In this document: positions 21,962 through 33,717 of the stretch, one piece after another
How positions within the stretch are numbered: position 1 is the first letter of the stretch
Layout: every line of letters starts with the position of its first letter
Assembly (NCBI GenBank): GCA_963721805.1
Contig: CAVRJY010000001.1
Coordinates: 1,472,001-1,536,000 of the forward strand
Origin: Nitrospirota bacterium
GTDB taxonomy: Bacteria > Nitrospirota > Thermodesulfovibrionia > Thermodesulfovibrionales > JdFR-86
DNA length: 64,000 nt
Reading direction: 5' to 3'
Made by a program: the position numbers and the translations under genes
Notes under the pieces: model-generated
What the model saw: the letters and a program-made list of their open reading frames with translations, nothing else
Told to the model about the DNA's origin: nothing
The model's database searches: none

Positions 21962-22453
21962 CTAATCCAGCGCCGCCATGTCCATGCTCTCCGTGACCTG
22001 CTTGAGCTTCTTCATCAGCACCGTGCCCGCCCCGGTATTGAATATTATCTTCCTGCCCTGGGGCCCCCTGACGTCATAAGCGGTGATCGGGATGCGTTCC
22101 TCCGCAAGCGCCTGTATCGCGAAGTCAACGTTTCGCTGCCCGACGTTCATTATGCCGTTGGTGACGCGCAGTATATCGCCGCCGCCGAAGACCTTGCAGA
22201 CGAGGTCAGACCTCCGCGAGCCGAGTTCCCCCATGATCTCGATGAGCCTCGGTATCGCGACCATGCCGTACTTGGGGCTTGCGAGGCCCTCTCCGTTCCA
22301 CAGCGGGAGCATGAAGTGGTTTATGCCGCCCATCTTCCGCACCGGGTCCCACAGGCATACCGAGACGCACGAGCCTAGCACGGTCGTGACCAGGTGAGGC
22401 TCCGGGTGCGCGAATATATGTCCTGGGAACAGGTAGTGCTCACCGATGGGCAT
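21962..22453 (-). CDS. cheD: chemoreceptor glutamine deamidase
   Basis: TVLGSCVSVCLWD...GGINHFMLP, KVFGG, GQRN. Confidence 0.9.
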   Translation of the reverse strand: MPIGEHYLFPGHIFAHPEPHLVTTVLGSCVSVCLWDPVRKMGGINHFMLPLWNGEGLASPKYGMVAIPRLIEIMGELGSRRSDLVCKVFGGGDILRVTNGIMNVGQRNVDFAIQALAEERIPITAYDVRGPQGRKIIFNTGAGTVLMKKLKQVTESMDMAALD

Positions 22454-22500
22454 GGCTGCCCCCTCTTATGGACTGCGCCTCGTATGGCATGGCGGTTGGC

Positions 22501-23391
22501 TTAGAGGACCTCTTCCTCGCCATCGAATATGAACTCGTTGCCGCCCTCAGAGAAGACGTCCGCGGCCGCGCCCTCTGACTCGGGCAGCGTCACTACGAAC
22601 GCGCTGCCCTTGCCCGGAGTGCTGTCGAGGTGTATCGTCCCGCCCATGAACTCCACGAGCGCCTTGACTATGCTCAGCCCCAGGCCGTGGCCCCGGTGGG
22701 CCTTGCAAACGCCTTCGTCGATCTGTCTGAAGCGGTCGAATATCTCCTTCTGCCTGTCCCTGTCGATGCCGATGCCCTCGTCCCTGACCGCCAGCACGAG
22801 CCTCCCGTCCCTGAGCCGGGCGCTGAGCTCGATCCGGCCCCCCGACATGCTGTATTCGATGGCGTTCGCGAGGAGGTTCGACACGATGCAATAAAGCTTC
22901 TCGGAGTCGGTCCTGAAGGTGGCCGGGCCGGCCGGATCGAGCGAGACGCTGACGACCTTGCCTTCCGATGCGGCCCTCGGGCTGAAGGAGTCGACCGCGT
23001 CCGTCAAAATCCGTCCGATGTTCGATATGGACGGAGCCACGACGGCCTCCCCGGCCTCGATCTCGGCGGCCATGAAGATGTTCCTTATCTGGAAGTCGAG
23101 GCCGAAGGCCTCGTCGTGTATCATGCTGGCGAACCTGGCCACCGGCTCATCGGGCGGGGCGTCATGCGCCATCTCGTAGGAGAGCCCTAGGATCGAGGAG
23201 AGCGGGTTAATTATCTCGTTTCTGATGTTCGAGAGGAAGTTGCTCTTCATCTGCTCGGATTCGAGCAGCTTTTTGTTGACCTCGGCGAGCTTCGCGCTCA
23301 CAATCCTCAGGTCAAACAGCGCCCTCTTGTTTTCCTCGAAGCGAGTCCTCAGCTCCTCGATAAGCTCCTCGTCCGACAGATGGCTGGCCAT
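22501..23391 (-). CDS. cytoplasmic histidine kinase-like protein (HisKA-like + HATPase), H-box His absent
   Basis: NLLANAIEY, DEGIGI, GLGLSIV boxes; H-box reads FLSNIRNEIINPL. Confidence 0.8.
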   Translation of the reverse strand: MASHLSDEELIEELRTRFEENKRALFDLRIVSAKLAEVNKKLLESEQMKSNFLSNIRNEIINPLSSILGLSYEMAHDAPPDEPVARFASMIHDEAFGLDFQIRNIFMAAEIEAGEAVVAPSISNIGRILTDAVDSFSPRAASEGKVVSVSLDPAGPATFRTDSEKLYCIVSNLLANAIEYSMSGGRIELSARLRDGRLVLAVRDEGIGIDRDRQKEIFDRFRQIDEGVCKAHRGHGLGLSIVKALVEFMGGTIHLDSTPGKGSAFVVTLPESEGAAADVFSEGGNEFIFDGEEEVL

Positions 23392-23561
23392 GTCCCCTCC
23401 CTTACCGGTGTCTCTCGTATTTATCTTATCACGAAGCCTCTATTTAGCCCAAACGCGCCTGCGGCATTGAATTTTGCCCCCCCGCGAAACTATAATTAAC
23501 GATCCGAAACCCTGAACCCTCAAAGTCAGGGTTCCGTACATCCGAACCAAGGAGCGTTGCC

Positions 23562-24413
23562 ATGCCGAAAATTCTTGAAAAGAGGCTCATCCGAAAGCCC
23601 GACGTGTTCTATTACAAGGTCGCCGCTCCGGCGATCTCGCGTAAGGCGCAGCCGGGGCAGTTCGTCATCATCCGCATCAACGAGACGGGCGAGCGCATAC
23701 CGCTTTCGCTGGCGGACATCAACCCCGAAGAGGGCACGATCAGCCTGATCGTCATGGTCATCGGGAAGACCTCGGGGGACCTCTCGCTGCTTAACGCGGG
23801 CGACGAGATCCTCGACCTCTGCGGCCCGCTCGGCCAGCCGACCCATATCGGCAAGCTAGGGCGCGTCGTGCTCGTTGGCGGCGGGTTCGGAGTGGCCCCG
23901 CTCTACCCGATCGCAAAGGCGTTTAAGGCCGCGGGCAACGTGGTTACATGCGTGATGGGCGCGCGCAACAAAGACCTCCTCGTCTACGAGGAAGAGATGC
24001 TGCGCGTCTGCGACAAGGTCCTCGTTTCCACGGACGACGGCAGCAAGGGTATCAAGGGCGTCGTCACGATGGCGCTCGAGGCTGAGATAAAGGAAAACGG
24101 CGCGGACCTGGTGATGGCCGTCGGGCCCGCGATCATGATGAAGTTCGTCTCTGCCACGACCAAGCCGCTCGGGGTCAAGACTCTCGTGAGCCTGAACCCG
24201 ATCATGGTCGACGGCACCGGGATGTGCGGCGGCTGCCGCGTCGATATCGGCGGCAAGACTATGTTCGCCTGCGCCGACGGCCCTGACTTCGACGGGCACC
24301 TCGTGAACTGGGACCTGCTGATGAGCCGCCAGAAGACGTACGCACCAGAGGAGAAGATCTCCTTCGACCAATGGAAAGAAAAACACGCGCATATGCTTTG
24401 CGAGACCAAATAA
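23562..24413 (+). CDS. nfnA: NfnA / sulfide dehydrogenase-type FAD/2Fe-2S electron-transfer subunit
   Basis: PGQFVI, ERIPLS, MVDGTGMCGGCRV, CADGPDF. Confidence 0.85.
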   Translation: MPKILEKRLIRKPDVFYYKVAAPAISRKAQPGQFVIIRINETGERIPLSLADINPEEGTISLIVMVIGKTSGDLSLLNAGDEILDLCGPLGQPTHIGKLGRVVLVGGGFGVAPLYPIAKAFKAAGNVVTCVMGARNKDLLVYEEEMLRVCDKVLVSTDDGSKGIKGVVTMALEAEIKENGADLVMAVGPAIMMKFVSATTKPLGVKTLVSLNPIMVDGTGMCGGCRVDIGGKTMFACADGPDFDGHLVNWDLLMSRQKTYAPEEKISFDQWKEKHAHMLCETK

Positions 24414-24428
24414 CAAGGACCCGAGGCG

Positions 24429-25844
24429 ATGACAGAAGAAACCCCCAAGGCTAGAAAGATCATACCCAAGCGCATACCGATGACCGAGCAGGACCCGGCT
24501 GTCCGCGCCACGAACTTCAAGGAGGTCTCGCTCGGCTACACCCGCGAGCAGGCCATGGCCGAGGCGGAGCGCTGCCTCTCCTGCAAGAAACCCGCGTGCG
24601 TCGAGGGCTGCCCGGTCAACGTGCCGATCCCCCAGTTCATAAAGGCGCTCCGCGAGGAAGGCCCGGCGAAGGCCATAACCATCCTCAAGGAGAAGAACAT
24701 CCTCCCGGCCGTATGCGGCAGGGTATGCCCGCAGGAGACGCAGTGCGAGCAGCGCTGCATCGTCGGCAAGAAGCACGACCCGGTCGCAATCGGCAGGCTC
24801 GAGCGCTTTGTCGCAGACGAGGCGATGAGGAACCCCTCGACGGTGGCCCCGGTGCTCCCGAAACCGACCGGCAAGAAGGTCGCTATAGTCGGCAGCGGCC
24901 CGTCCGGGCTTACGGCCGCATCGGACCTCGCGCGCATGGGCCACAAGGTCACGATATTCGAGGCCTTCCACGCCCCCGGCGGCGTGCTGCTTTACGGCAT
25001 ACCCGAGTTCCGCCTGCCCAAGGACATCGTCCGCAAGGAGATCGAGGGCCTGCGCGCGATGGGCGTGGACATCCAGCTTAACTCCGTAGTCGGAAAGCTG
25101 ATCTCTATCGAGGAGATCATGAAGGAGTTCGACGCCTGCTTCATCGGCACCGGCGCGGGGCTCCCGAAGTTCATGAACATCCCCGGCGAGAACCTAAACG
25201 GCGTGTATTCGGCCAATGAGTTCCTGACGCGCGTAAACCTGATGCGCGCCTACACCTTCCCCACCTACGACACGCCGATCAAGCACGGCAGCCACGTCGC
25301 GGTCGTCGGCGGCGGCAACGTCGCTATGGACGCGGTGCGCACCGCAAAGAGGCTCGGCGCTACCGAGGCGATCATCGTATACCGAAGATCAGAGGTCGAG
25401 CTGCCCGCTCGCCGCGAGGAAGTCCACCACGCAAAGGAAGAGGGCATCCGTTTTGAGATGCTCACGTCCCCGGTACGAATAATCGGTGAAAACGGCTGGG
25501 TTACGGGTATCGAGTGCCTGCGCATGGAGCTCTCCGAGCCGGACGCCTCAGGCCGCAGGAAGCCGGTAGAGAAAAAGGGATCGGAATTTGTGATCCCGGT
25601 CGATACCGTAATCATGGCCATCGGCACCGGGGCCAACCCTCTGGTGCCCGAGAGCACGCCAGAGCTTGCCAAGACGAAATACGGATACATAGTCGCCAAC
25701 GATGAGACCGGCGTCACTAGCATACCCGGCGTCTTCGCGGGTGGAGATATCGTAACCGGCTCGGCCACGGTCATCTCTGCCATGGGCGCGGGCCGCAAGG
25801 CAGCCAAGGCGATCAACGAATACCTGATGGCCGCCAAGGCATAG
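24429..25844 (+). CDS. nfnB: NfnB / GltD-like NADPH-dependent flavoprotein subunit
   Basis: RCLSC..PACVEGCP, CGRVCPQETQCE, GSGPSG, GGGNVAMD; adjacent to nfnA. Confidence 0.82.
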   Translation: MTEETPKARKIIPKRIPMTEQDPAVRATNFKEVSLGYTREQAMAEAERCLSCKKPACVEGCPVNVPIPQFIKALREEGPAKAITILKEKNILPAVCGRVCPQETQCEQRCIVGKKHDPVAIGRLERFVADEAMRNPSTVAPVLPKPTGKKVAIVGSGPSGLTAASDLARMGHKVTIFEAFHAPGGVLLYGIPEFRLPKDIVRKEIEGLRAMGVDIQLNSVVGKLISIEEIMKEFDACFIGTGAGLPKFMNIPGENLNGVYSANEFLTRVNLMRAYTFPTYDTPIKHGSHVAVVGGGNVAMDAVRTAKRLGATEAIIVYRRSEVELPARREEVHHAKEEGIRFEMLTSPVRIIGENGWVTGIECLRMELSEPDASGRRKPVEKKGSEFVIPVDTVIMAIGTGANPLVPESTPELAKTKYGYIVANDETGVTSIPGVFAGGDIVTGSATVISAMGAGRKAAKAINEYLMAAKA

Positions 25845-25846
25845 CG

Positions 25847-26635
25847 ATGCAGCAGCAGACGATGGACGATCTTTACAAGGTCAGGGTCCCGCTCTTCGAG
25901 GGGCCCCTGGATCTGCTCCTGCACCTCATCAGGGAGAACAAGATCGACATCTATGACATACCGATCTCGCTGATCACGCACCAGTACCTCGAATACATCG
26001 AGCTTCTGAAGGAACTCGACCTCGACATCGCAGGCGAGTTCCTTGTGATGGCCGCGACCCTCATACACATCAAGTCGCGCATGCTCCTGCCTATCGAGGA
26101 GACCGCGGACACCGAAGAGCTCGAGGACCCCCGCCTCGAACTCGTCCAGAGGCTGCTTGCTTACAGGGAGTTCAAGGACGCCTCGCTCGGGCTCCGCGAG
26201 CGCGAGGAGCATTGGAGCGAGGTCATGTACCGCTCGCCCGAGGCGGAGCCGGAGCTCGACGAGTCCGGGGACGGATCGGGCGAACTGCCGCTTTTCAATC
26301 TGAACATATTCGACCTGCTCATGGCCTTTAGGAAGATCCTGGATCGCGTGCCGTCCGAGATCGCCTCGATCACCAAGGAAGCGCTCTCGATCAAGGACAG
26401 CATGGCGCATATCATCGAGGCGCTGAGGGGCTCGGAGGCGGTGCGGTTTGAGGATCTGTTTGAGGGCGTGGCCTCGAAGCCGCACCTGATCATCACGTTT
26501 GTCGCCCTTTTGGAGGCCATAAAGATCGGGCTTGCGCGCGTGTATCAGGAGGCCGAGTTCGGGCAGCTCTGGGTCATCAGGCCCGAGGACCGGCCTGTCG
26601 AGACTCCGCAATCAGACGCAGTGGCAGCGGCATAG
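25847..26635 (+). CDS. scpA: segregation and condensation protein A
   Basis: FEGPLDLLLHLI, EFLVMAATLIHIKSRMLLP, FVALLE. Confidence 0.93.
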   Translation: MQQQTMDDLYKVRVPLFEGPLDLLLHLIRENKIDIYDIPISLITHQYLEYIELLKELDLDIAGEFLVMAATLIHIKSRMLLPIEETADTEELEDPRLELVQRLLAYREFKDASLGLREREEHWSEVMYRSPEAEPELDESGDGSGELPLFNLNIFDLLMAFRKILDRVPSEIASITKEALSIKDSMAHIIEALRGSEAVRFEDLFEGVASKPHLIITFVALLEAIKIGLARVYQEAEFGQLWVIRPEDRPVETPQSDAVAAA

Positions 26636-26656
26636 CCGCCCTGCCCCGTCCCCTCC

Positions 26657-27649
26657 ATGTACGTACTCGGCATCGACACCTCCTGCGACGACACCTCGGC
26701 CTCGCTGCTTGAGTGCTCCCCCGAACGTGTAAGCATAGTCAGAAACGTCGTATCGAGCCAGACCGCGATCCATACCAAATACGGCGGCATAGTGCCGGAG
26801 CTCGCCTCGCGCAGCCACATCGAGATGATCTGGCCGGTCGCGGCCGAGGCCATGGGCGGCATGGACATCAGGCAGCTCGGGCTCGTCTCTGTATGCGCGG
26901 GACCTGGCCTGATAGGCTCGCTGTTGGTAGGCTGCTCTTTCGTGAAGGCGATGTGCTACGCAGCCGGGCTGCAGTTCGTCGGCGTAAACCATCTCGAAGG
27001 CCACATACTCTCCCCGTTTCTCGAGGGCCGCTCACCCGAGTTCCCGTTTCTGGCGCTCGTCGTCTCTGGCGGCCATACGTCCATCTATAAGGTCTCGGAC
27101 TACTGCGACTATACCGGGATCGGCCGCACCAGAGACGACGCGGCGGGAGAGGCATACGACAAGGTCTCGAAGCTTTTGGGCCTCGGGTATCCCGGGGGCC
27201 CTGTGATCGACCGCCTCGCATCGGAGGGCAACCCGCACGCCGTGGAGTTCCCGCGCGCTTATCTGCCCGGAGGGTACGACTTCAGCTTCAGCGGGCTTAA
27301 GACCGCGGTGAGGCTCGCCAGGGAGTCCAACCCCGGCCTCAGCGACGCGGACGTAGCGGCTTCGTTTCAGGCCGCGGTGATCGACGTGCTAGTGCGCAAG
27401 TGCGAATGGGCGATGAGGGATACGGGCATCAACAGGCTCGCGATCTCGGGCGGCGTGGCCGCAAACAGCGGTCTTCGCGCTAGCATGACCGCGATGGCCG
27501 AGGCCACGGGCGTGGAGCTCTACCTCCCGTCGCTTGCGTTTTGCACGGACAACGCCGCTATGATCGCGCTTTCGGGCTACAGGCGCCACCTCAGGGGCGA
27601 ACGCTCCGGGCTCGACCTCAACCCGAGGCCATACCTTCCTATCGGATAG
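26657..27649 (+). CDS. tsaD: tRNA t6A37 threonylcarbamoyltransferase
   Basis: LGIDTSCDDT, GGIVPELASRSH, HLEGH, DDAAGEAYDK, CTDNAAMI. Confidence 0.95.
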   Translation: MYVLGIDTSCDDTSASLLECSPERVSIVRNVVSSQTAIHTKYGGIVPELASRSHIEMIWPVAAEAMGGMDIRQLGLVSVCAGPGLIGSLLVGCSFVKAMCYAAGLQFVGVNHLEGHILSPFLEGRSPEFPFLALVVSGGHTSIYKVSDYCDYTGIGRTRDDAAGEAYDKVSKLLGLGYPGGPVIDRLASEGNPHAVEFPRAYLPGGYDFSFSGLKTAVRLARESNPGLSDADVAASFQAAVIDVLVRKCEWAMRDTGINRLAISGGVAANSGLRASMTAMAEATGVELYLPSLAFCTDNAAMIALSGYRRHLRGERSGLDLNPRPYLPIG

Positions 27650-27711
27650 CGCATTACCGATTTTCGTTATGTTAAAATTTAAGCATTCCATTTATATCCA
27701 AAGGAGCAATC

Positions 27712-28887
27712 ATGCTTGCTGACAGGGCAAAGAGAATAAAGCCGTCCGCCACGCTCGCGATGGACGCCAAGGCCAAGGCCATGAAGCAGGAAGGCAGGGA
27801 CATCGTCAATTTCGGGGTCGGCGAGCCTGACTTCGACACGCCTGATAACATCAAGGAGGCCGCGATCCGGGCCATCAGGGCCGGGTTCACTAAATACACC
27901 CCCGCCGGCGGCACGGTGCAGCTCAAAGAGGCCGTAATGGGCAAGTTCAAGTCCGAAAACGGCCTGACATACAAACCCGAAGGCATTATAGTCTCCTGCG
28001 GGGCGAAGCACAGCCTATATAACATCGCTCAGGCCCTGTACGGCCCCGGCGACGAGGTCATCATCCCATCCCCTTACTGGGTCTCGTACCCCGATCAGGT
28101 GCTCTTAAACGACGCGACCCCCGTAATAGTCCAGACGCACGAGGCTGACTCCTTCATGCTCCGCCCCGAGGCGCTAAAAGAGAAGATCACCAGGCATACC
28201 AAGGCGATAATCCTAAACTCGCCCTCGAACCCCACAGGGCTCACCTATGACCGCCATACGCTGGAGGCCATCGCGCAGATAGCGGTCGAGAACAACCTCT
28301 ACGTGATCTCCGACGAGATATACGAACACCTCATATATGACGGCGGCAGGCACGTCAGCATCGCATCTCTGGGCAGGGAGATCTTCGAGCGCACGATAGT
28401 CGTAAACGGGCTCTCGAAGGCCTACGCCATGACAGGATGGCGCATCGGGTATGCGGCAGGTCCGGCGCCGATCATAAAGGCGATGACGAACATACAGGGG
28501 CAGTCGACCTCCAACCCCTCATCGATCTCGCAGGCCGCGGCTATAGAAGCCCTCACCGGGCCGCAGGATTTCATAAGCGTGATGCGCGCGGAGTTCGACA
28601 AACGCCGGAAATACCTGGTCGGCGAGCTGAACTCGATCCCCGGCATGCACTGCCTCACCCCAACTGGCGCGTTCTACGCCTTCCCCAACACTGCCAAGCT
28701 CTACGGCGGCAAGGTGAAAAATTCCACCGAGCTCTCGATGTACCTGCTCGACGAGGCGATGGTCGCGCTCGTGCCGGGCGAGCCGTTCGGGAGCGACGAC
28801 CACATCCGAATATCGTATGCGGTCTCGATGGCCGACATCGAGAAGGCGGTCGTACGCATAAAAGCCGCGATAGAGAAGCTGGTCTAG
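27712..28887 (+). CDS. PLP-dependent class I aminotransferase (aspartate aminotransferase-like)
   Basis: GEPDF, NSPSNPTG, SDEIY, SKAYAMTGWRIG. Confidence 0.92.
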   Translation: MLADRAKRIKPSATLAMDAKAKAMKQEGRDIVNFGVGEPDFDTPDNIKEAAIRAIRAGFTKYTPAGGTVQLKEAVMGKFKSENGLTYKPEGIIVSCGAKHSLYNIAQALYGPGDEVIIPSPYWVSYPDQVLLNDATPVIVQTHEADSFMLRPEALKEKITRHTKAIILNSPSNPTGLTYDRHTLEAIAQIAVENNLYVISDEIYEHLIYDGGRHVSIASLGREIFERTIVVNGLSKAYAMTGWRIGYAAGPAPIIKAMTNIQGQSTSNPSSISQAAAIEALTGPQDFISVMRAEFDKRRKYLVGELNSIPGMHCLTPTGAFYAFPNTAKLYGGKVKNSTELSMYLLDEAMVALVPGEPFGSDDHIRISYAVSMADIEKAVVRIKAAIEKLV

Positions 28888-28888
28888 A

Positions 28889-29788
28889 GTGGAAAAGGAG
28901 GCACTGGTGCCTTTCCGCTCCGGGTTCATATCTATCACCGGCAGGCCGAACGTCGGCAAGTCCACGCTCCTAAACCAGATCCTCGGCCAGAAGATCGCCA
29001 TAGTGACCAACCGGCCTCAGACCACGCGCAACCGCATCCTGGGCATCAAAAACACCCCAGAGGCCCAGCTCGTATTTTTGGACACGCCGGGCATCCATAC
29101 CCCGCGCCACGGCCTGGGCGCGGTGCTCGTGAAGGAGGCCAAGCAGGCGATCAAGGACGTAGAGGTCGTGCTCCTAGTGGTCGAGCCCCGCACGCCGCGC
29201 AACGACGACCGTGCGGTCATTAAGCTGCTCACCGGCATCAACAAACCGGTCGTGCTTGCGATCAACAAGATAGACTCCGTGAGCAAGCCCGACCTCCTGC
29301 CCGTGATACAGGCGTACGCCGCGCTTTTTGAGTTTAACGAGGTCGTGCCGATCTCTGCGATCGAGGGCGAGGGTGTGGACGAACTCGTACGCGCGCTCGC
29401 CTCGCACCTGCCCGAGGGCGCGCCGCTCTATCCCGAGGACATGGTGACGGACTCGCTCGAGCGGTTCATCGCGGCGGAGTTCATCCGCGAGAAGGTGATG
29501 CGCCAGACCGGCGAGGAGGTGCCGCACTCGGCCGCCGTAGAGATCGTAACCTGGGAGGAGCGCCCCAACGGAGTCGTGAGCATCAGCGCCAACATCTATG
29601 TTGAAAAAGACGGGCAGAAGGGTATTATAATAGGGAACCGCGGCGAGCGGCTCAAGAGCATCGGGGTCGCGGCCCGCACCGAAATCGAAGGCCTCTTGGG
29701 GACCAAGGTGTTCCTCGAGCTATGGGTGAAGGTCAAGAAGGACTGGCGCATGAAGAAGACCGCATTGAGCGAGCTGGGGTTTAACTGA
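28889..29788 (+). CDS. era: GTPase Era
   Basis: GRPNVGKST, QTTR, DTPG, NKID, KH domain. Confidence 0.95.
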   Translation: MEKEALVPFRSGFISITGRPNVGKSTLLNQILGQKIAIVTNRPQTTRNRILGIKNTPEAQLVFLDTPGIHTPRHGLGAVLVKEAKQAIKDVEVVLLVVEPRTPRNDDRAVIKLLTGINKPVVLAINKIDSVSKPDLLPVIQAYAALFEFNEVVPISAIEGEGVDELVRALASHLPEGAPLYPEDMVTDSLERFIAAEFIREKVMRQTGEEVPHSAAVEIVTWEERPNGVVSISANIYVEKDGQKGIIIGNRGERLKSIGVAARTEIEGLLGTKVFLELWVKVKKDWRMKKTALSELGFN

Positions 29789-30240
29789 TGCTTCTGAAGA
29801 TGAAGGTCGAGGGGCTGCTCTTCGACCCCCGGAGCAACATGTACATCCTTCTTTTAAAGGACACGGACGGCTCCGACACGCTCCCGATCTGGATCGGCAA
29901 GCCCGAGGCCGACTCGATCGCGCTCGCCCTGGGCAAGGTCGCCACCCCCCGCCCGCTCACGCACGACCTCGTCCGAAACATCATGGACGCGCTCCTGGTT
30001 AAAGTCACCCGCATCGTCATCACGCAGATCATGGACAACACCTACTACTCGCTGATCTACATGACGGACGGCACGAGGGAGGTCCCGGTGGACTCAAGGC
30101 CGAGCGACGCCGTGGCCGTCGCGCTTCGCACCGGCGCGCCGATTTATGTTGAGGACGAGGTGCTCAACAAGAAGAACTCCGACGGACTCGAAGAGTGGCT
30201 CAAAAACCTCAAGCCAGAGGATTTCGGAAACATAATGTAG
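29788..30240 (+). CDS. bifunctional nuclease family protein (DUF151)
   Basis: LPIWIG..EA, RPLTHDL, DSRPSDA. Confidence 0.9.
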   Translation: MLLKMKVEGLLFDPRSNMYILLLKDTDGSDTLPIWIGKPEADSIALALGKVATPRPLTHDLVRNIMDALLVKVTRIVITQIMDNTYYSLIYMTDGTREVPVDSRPSDAVAVALRTGAPIYVEDEVLNKKNSDGLEEWLKNLKPEDFGNIM

Positions 30241-30298
30241 TCCCGGCACCGGGCTCCCGGATGGCCCGCACCACGACCGCATTATCGTTTGGCCCCTT

Positions 30299-31036
30299 AT
30301 GCTGAGAAAGACCGAGGGCATCGTCCTGCGCACCATCCCGTTTGGCGAGGCAGACCTGATCGTAACCTACATCACGCTCGATTTCGGTATTTTGAAGGCG
30401 TTCGCAAAAAGTCCGCGTAAAACAAAAAGCCGCTTCGGGAGCAGCCTCGAGCCGTTCACGCACTCCCTCATCGGCGTGATGGGCCGCGAGGACGCCCAGC
30501 TCCCGCGCCTCACGCAATCCGACATCGTCCGTCCGCATCAGGCCTTGAGGGAGAGCCTGCGCACCATGGTCAGCCTAAGCGCGATGGCTGAACTCACGCT
30601 CGCCCTGATGCCCGAATCCGCGCCCAACGAGCCCGCCTTCAGGCTGCTGGAGCAGGTCCTCGACCTCATGGACTCTGCCCCTGACGATCCGCTCTACCCG
30701 CTTGCTTACGCGATCAGGTTTCTGGAGCTCAAGGGCTATGCCCCGGCCCTGGGCGGCTGCGCGATTTGCGGGGCCGCATGCTGTGAGTTTTATCCTTCGA
30801 TGGGCGCGCTGGTCTGCCGCTCTTGCAGGGCCGAGGGCAGTTCGGTGAGGCTTGCGCATGGAAGCATAAAGCTATATGAGGCGCTCGCCGGATGGGAGCT
30901 CGGGAAACTCAGGAGGCTTAAGGCCGGGGCGGGGATGCTCGCGGAGCTGCGCGCGCTGCTCGACGCGCACCTCGGACACGTCCTGACGCGGCCCATGAGG
31001 ACGCCGGACACCGTCGAGGCATTGCGGAACTTGTAG
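30299..31036 (+). CDS. recO: DNA repair protein RecO
   Basis: EGIVLR...EADLIV, SRFGSSLEPF, CxxC zinc motifs; era-linked. Confidence 0.88.
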   Translation: MLRKTEGIVLRTIPFGEADLIVTYITLDFGILKAFAKSPRKTKSRFGSSLEPFTHSLIGVMGREDAQLPRLTQSDIVRPHQALRESLRTMVSLSAMAELTLALMPESAPNEPAFRLLEQVLDLMDSAPDDPLYPLAYAIRFLELKGYAPALGGCAICGAACCEFYPSMGALVCRSCRAEGSSVRLAHGSIKLYEALAGWELGKLRRLKAGAGMLAELRALLDAHLGHVLTRPMRTPDTVEALRNL

Positions 31037-31039
31037 GTT

Positions 31040-32530
<1,491 letters not shown>

Positions 32531-32679
32531 TTAACAAAGATAATAGCACGCCGGTGCGCATTAGCTCAACATGCAATTTGTGCAAGTGCGCGCAGGCTGC
32601 CGCATGCGCGCAGCGCCGGTCAGCGACATGCCGGTGCGGCTTGCCCAAAACCGGGCAAATATGCACAATATTACAAGCT

Positions 32680-33717
32680 GTGTCAGAGATAACCTACAAA
32701 AAAGCCGGAGTGGACATCGAGGAGGGGGACCGTTTCGTCGACCTCATCGCCCCGCGCGTCCGCAGCACCTTCCGAAGCGGGGTCATGGGCGGCATCGGCT
32801 CGTTCGGCGCCCTATTCAAGCTCGATACCAGCCGCTACAAGGAGCCGGTGCTCGTAAGCGGCACGGACGGCGTCGGCACCAAGCTCAAGGTCGCGTTCAT
32901 GACGGGCAGGCACGACACCGTCGGCATAGACCTGGTGGCCATGTGCGTAAACGACATCCTCACCCAGGGGGCCGAGCCGCTGTTCTTCCTCGATTACTTC
33001 GCGACCGGCAAGCTCTCGCCGGAGGACGCCGCGCGCGTGGTCGAGGGCATTGTGGCCGGCTGCACCGAGAGCGGCTGCGCCCTGATCGGCGGCGAGACGG
33101 CCGAGATGCCCGGCTTCTACGCGGCCGGAGAGTACGACCTCGCGGGTTTCGCCGTTGGCGTCGTCGACAGGCCGGACATCATCGACGGCTCTACGATCTC
33201 TGAGGGCGACGCGGTGATAGGTATTTCATCAAGCGGCATACACTCAAACGGCTATTCGCTCGTGCGCAAGGTCCTGTTCGAGCACGCCGCTTTGAGCGTG
33301 GATGCGCGTGTCGAGGAACTCGGCTGCACGCTCGGCGAGGAGCTCCTGCGCCCGACGCGCATATACGTCAAGGCATACAACGCGCTTAAGGGCAAGGTGC
33401 GCGTTAAGGGCATGGCTCACATCACCGGCGGCGGCATACCCGGCAACCTGCCCCGCATATTCCCCAAGGGCATCGGGGCCAATGTGCGAGAGTCCGCATG
33501 GACCTCCCAGCCTATTTTCGGGCTCATCCAGAGGCTCGGGAATGTGCCGAGGGACGACATGCGCAATACCTTTAACATGGGCATCGGGTATATTATCGTC
33601 GTTCCGCAGGAAGACGTTCAGCAGGCCCTTTTGAACTTACACGCGGCGGAGTATCAAGCCACCGTGATCGGGAAAACAGTCAAGACAGCTGAGAAAACGG
33701 ACGTTATATATGATTAA
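32680..33717 (+). CDS. purM: phosphoribosylformylglycinamidine cyclo-ligase
   Basis: YKKAGVD, DGVGTK, GGETAEMP, HSNGYS, HITGGG, FNMGIG; GTG start inferred. Confidence 0.95.
   Translation: MSEITYKKAGVDIEEGDRFVDLIAPRVRSTFRSGVMGGIGSFGALFKLDTSRYKEPVLVSGTDGVGTKLKVAFMTGRHDTVGIDLVAMCVNDILTQGAEPLFFLDYFATGKLSPEDAARVVEGIVAGCTESGCALIGGETAEMPGFYAAGEYDLAGFAVGVVDRPDIIDGSTISEGDAVIGISSSGIHSNGYSLVRKVLFEHAALSVDARVEELGCTLGEELLRPTRIYVKAYNALKGKVRVKGMAHITGGGIPGNLPRIFPKGIGANVRESAWTSQPIFGLIQRLGNVPRDDMRNTFNMGIGYIIVVPQEDVQQALLNLHAAEYQATVIGKTVKTAEKTDVIYD

Noticed and set aside
21937..21995. Selenocysteine readthrough at GG-TGA of the 58-aa ORF
   Set aside because: No redox-Cys context, the nearby hairpin is too close to the UGA, and the extension would run into convergent cheD
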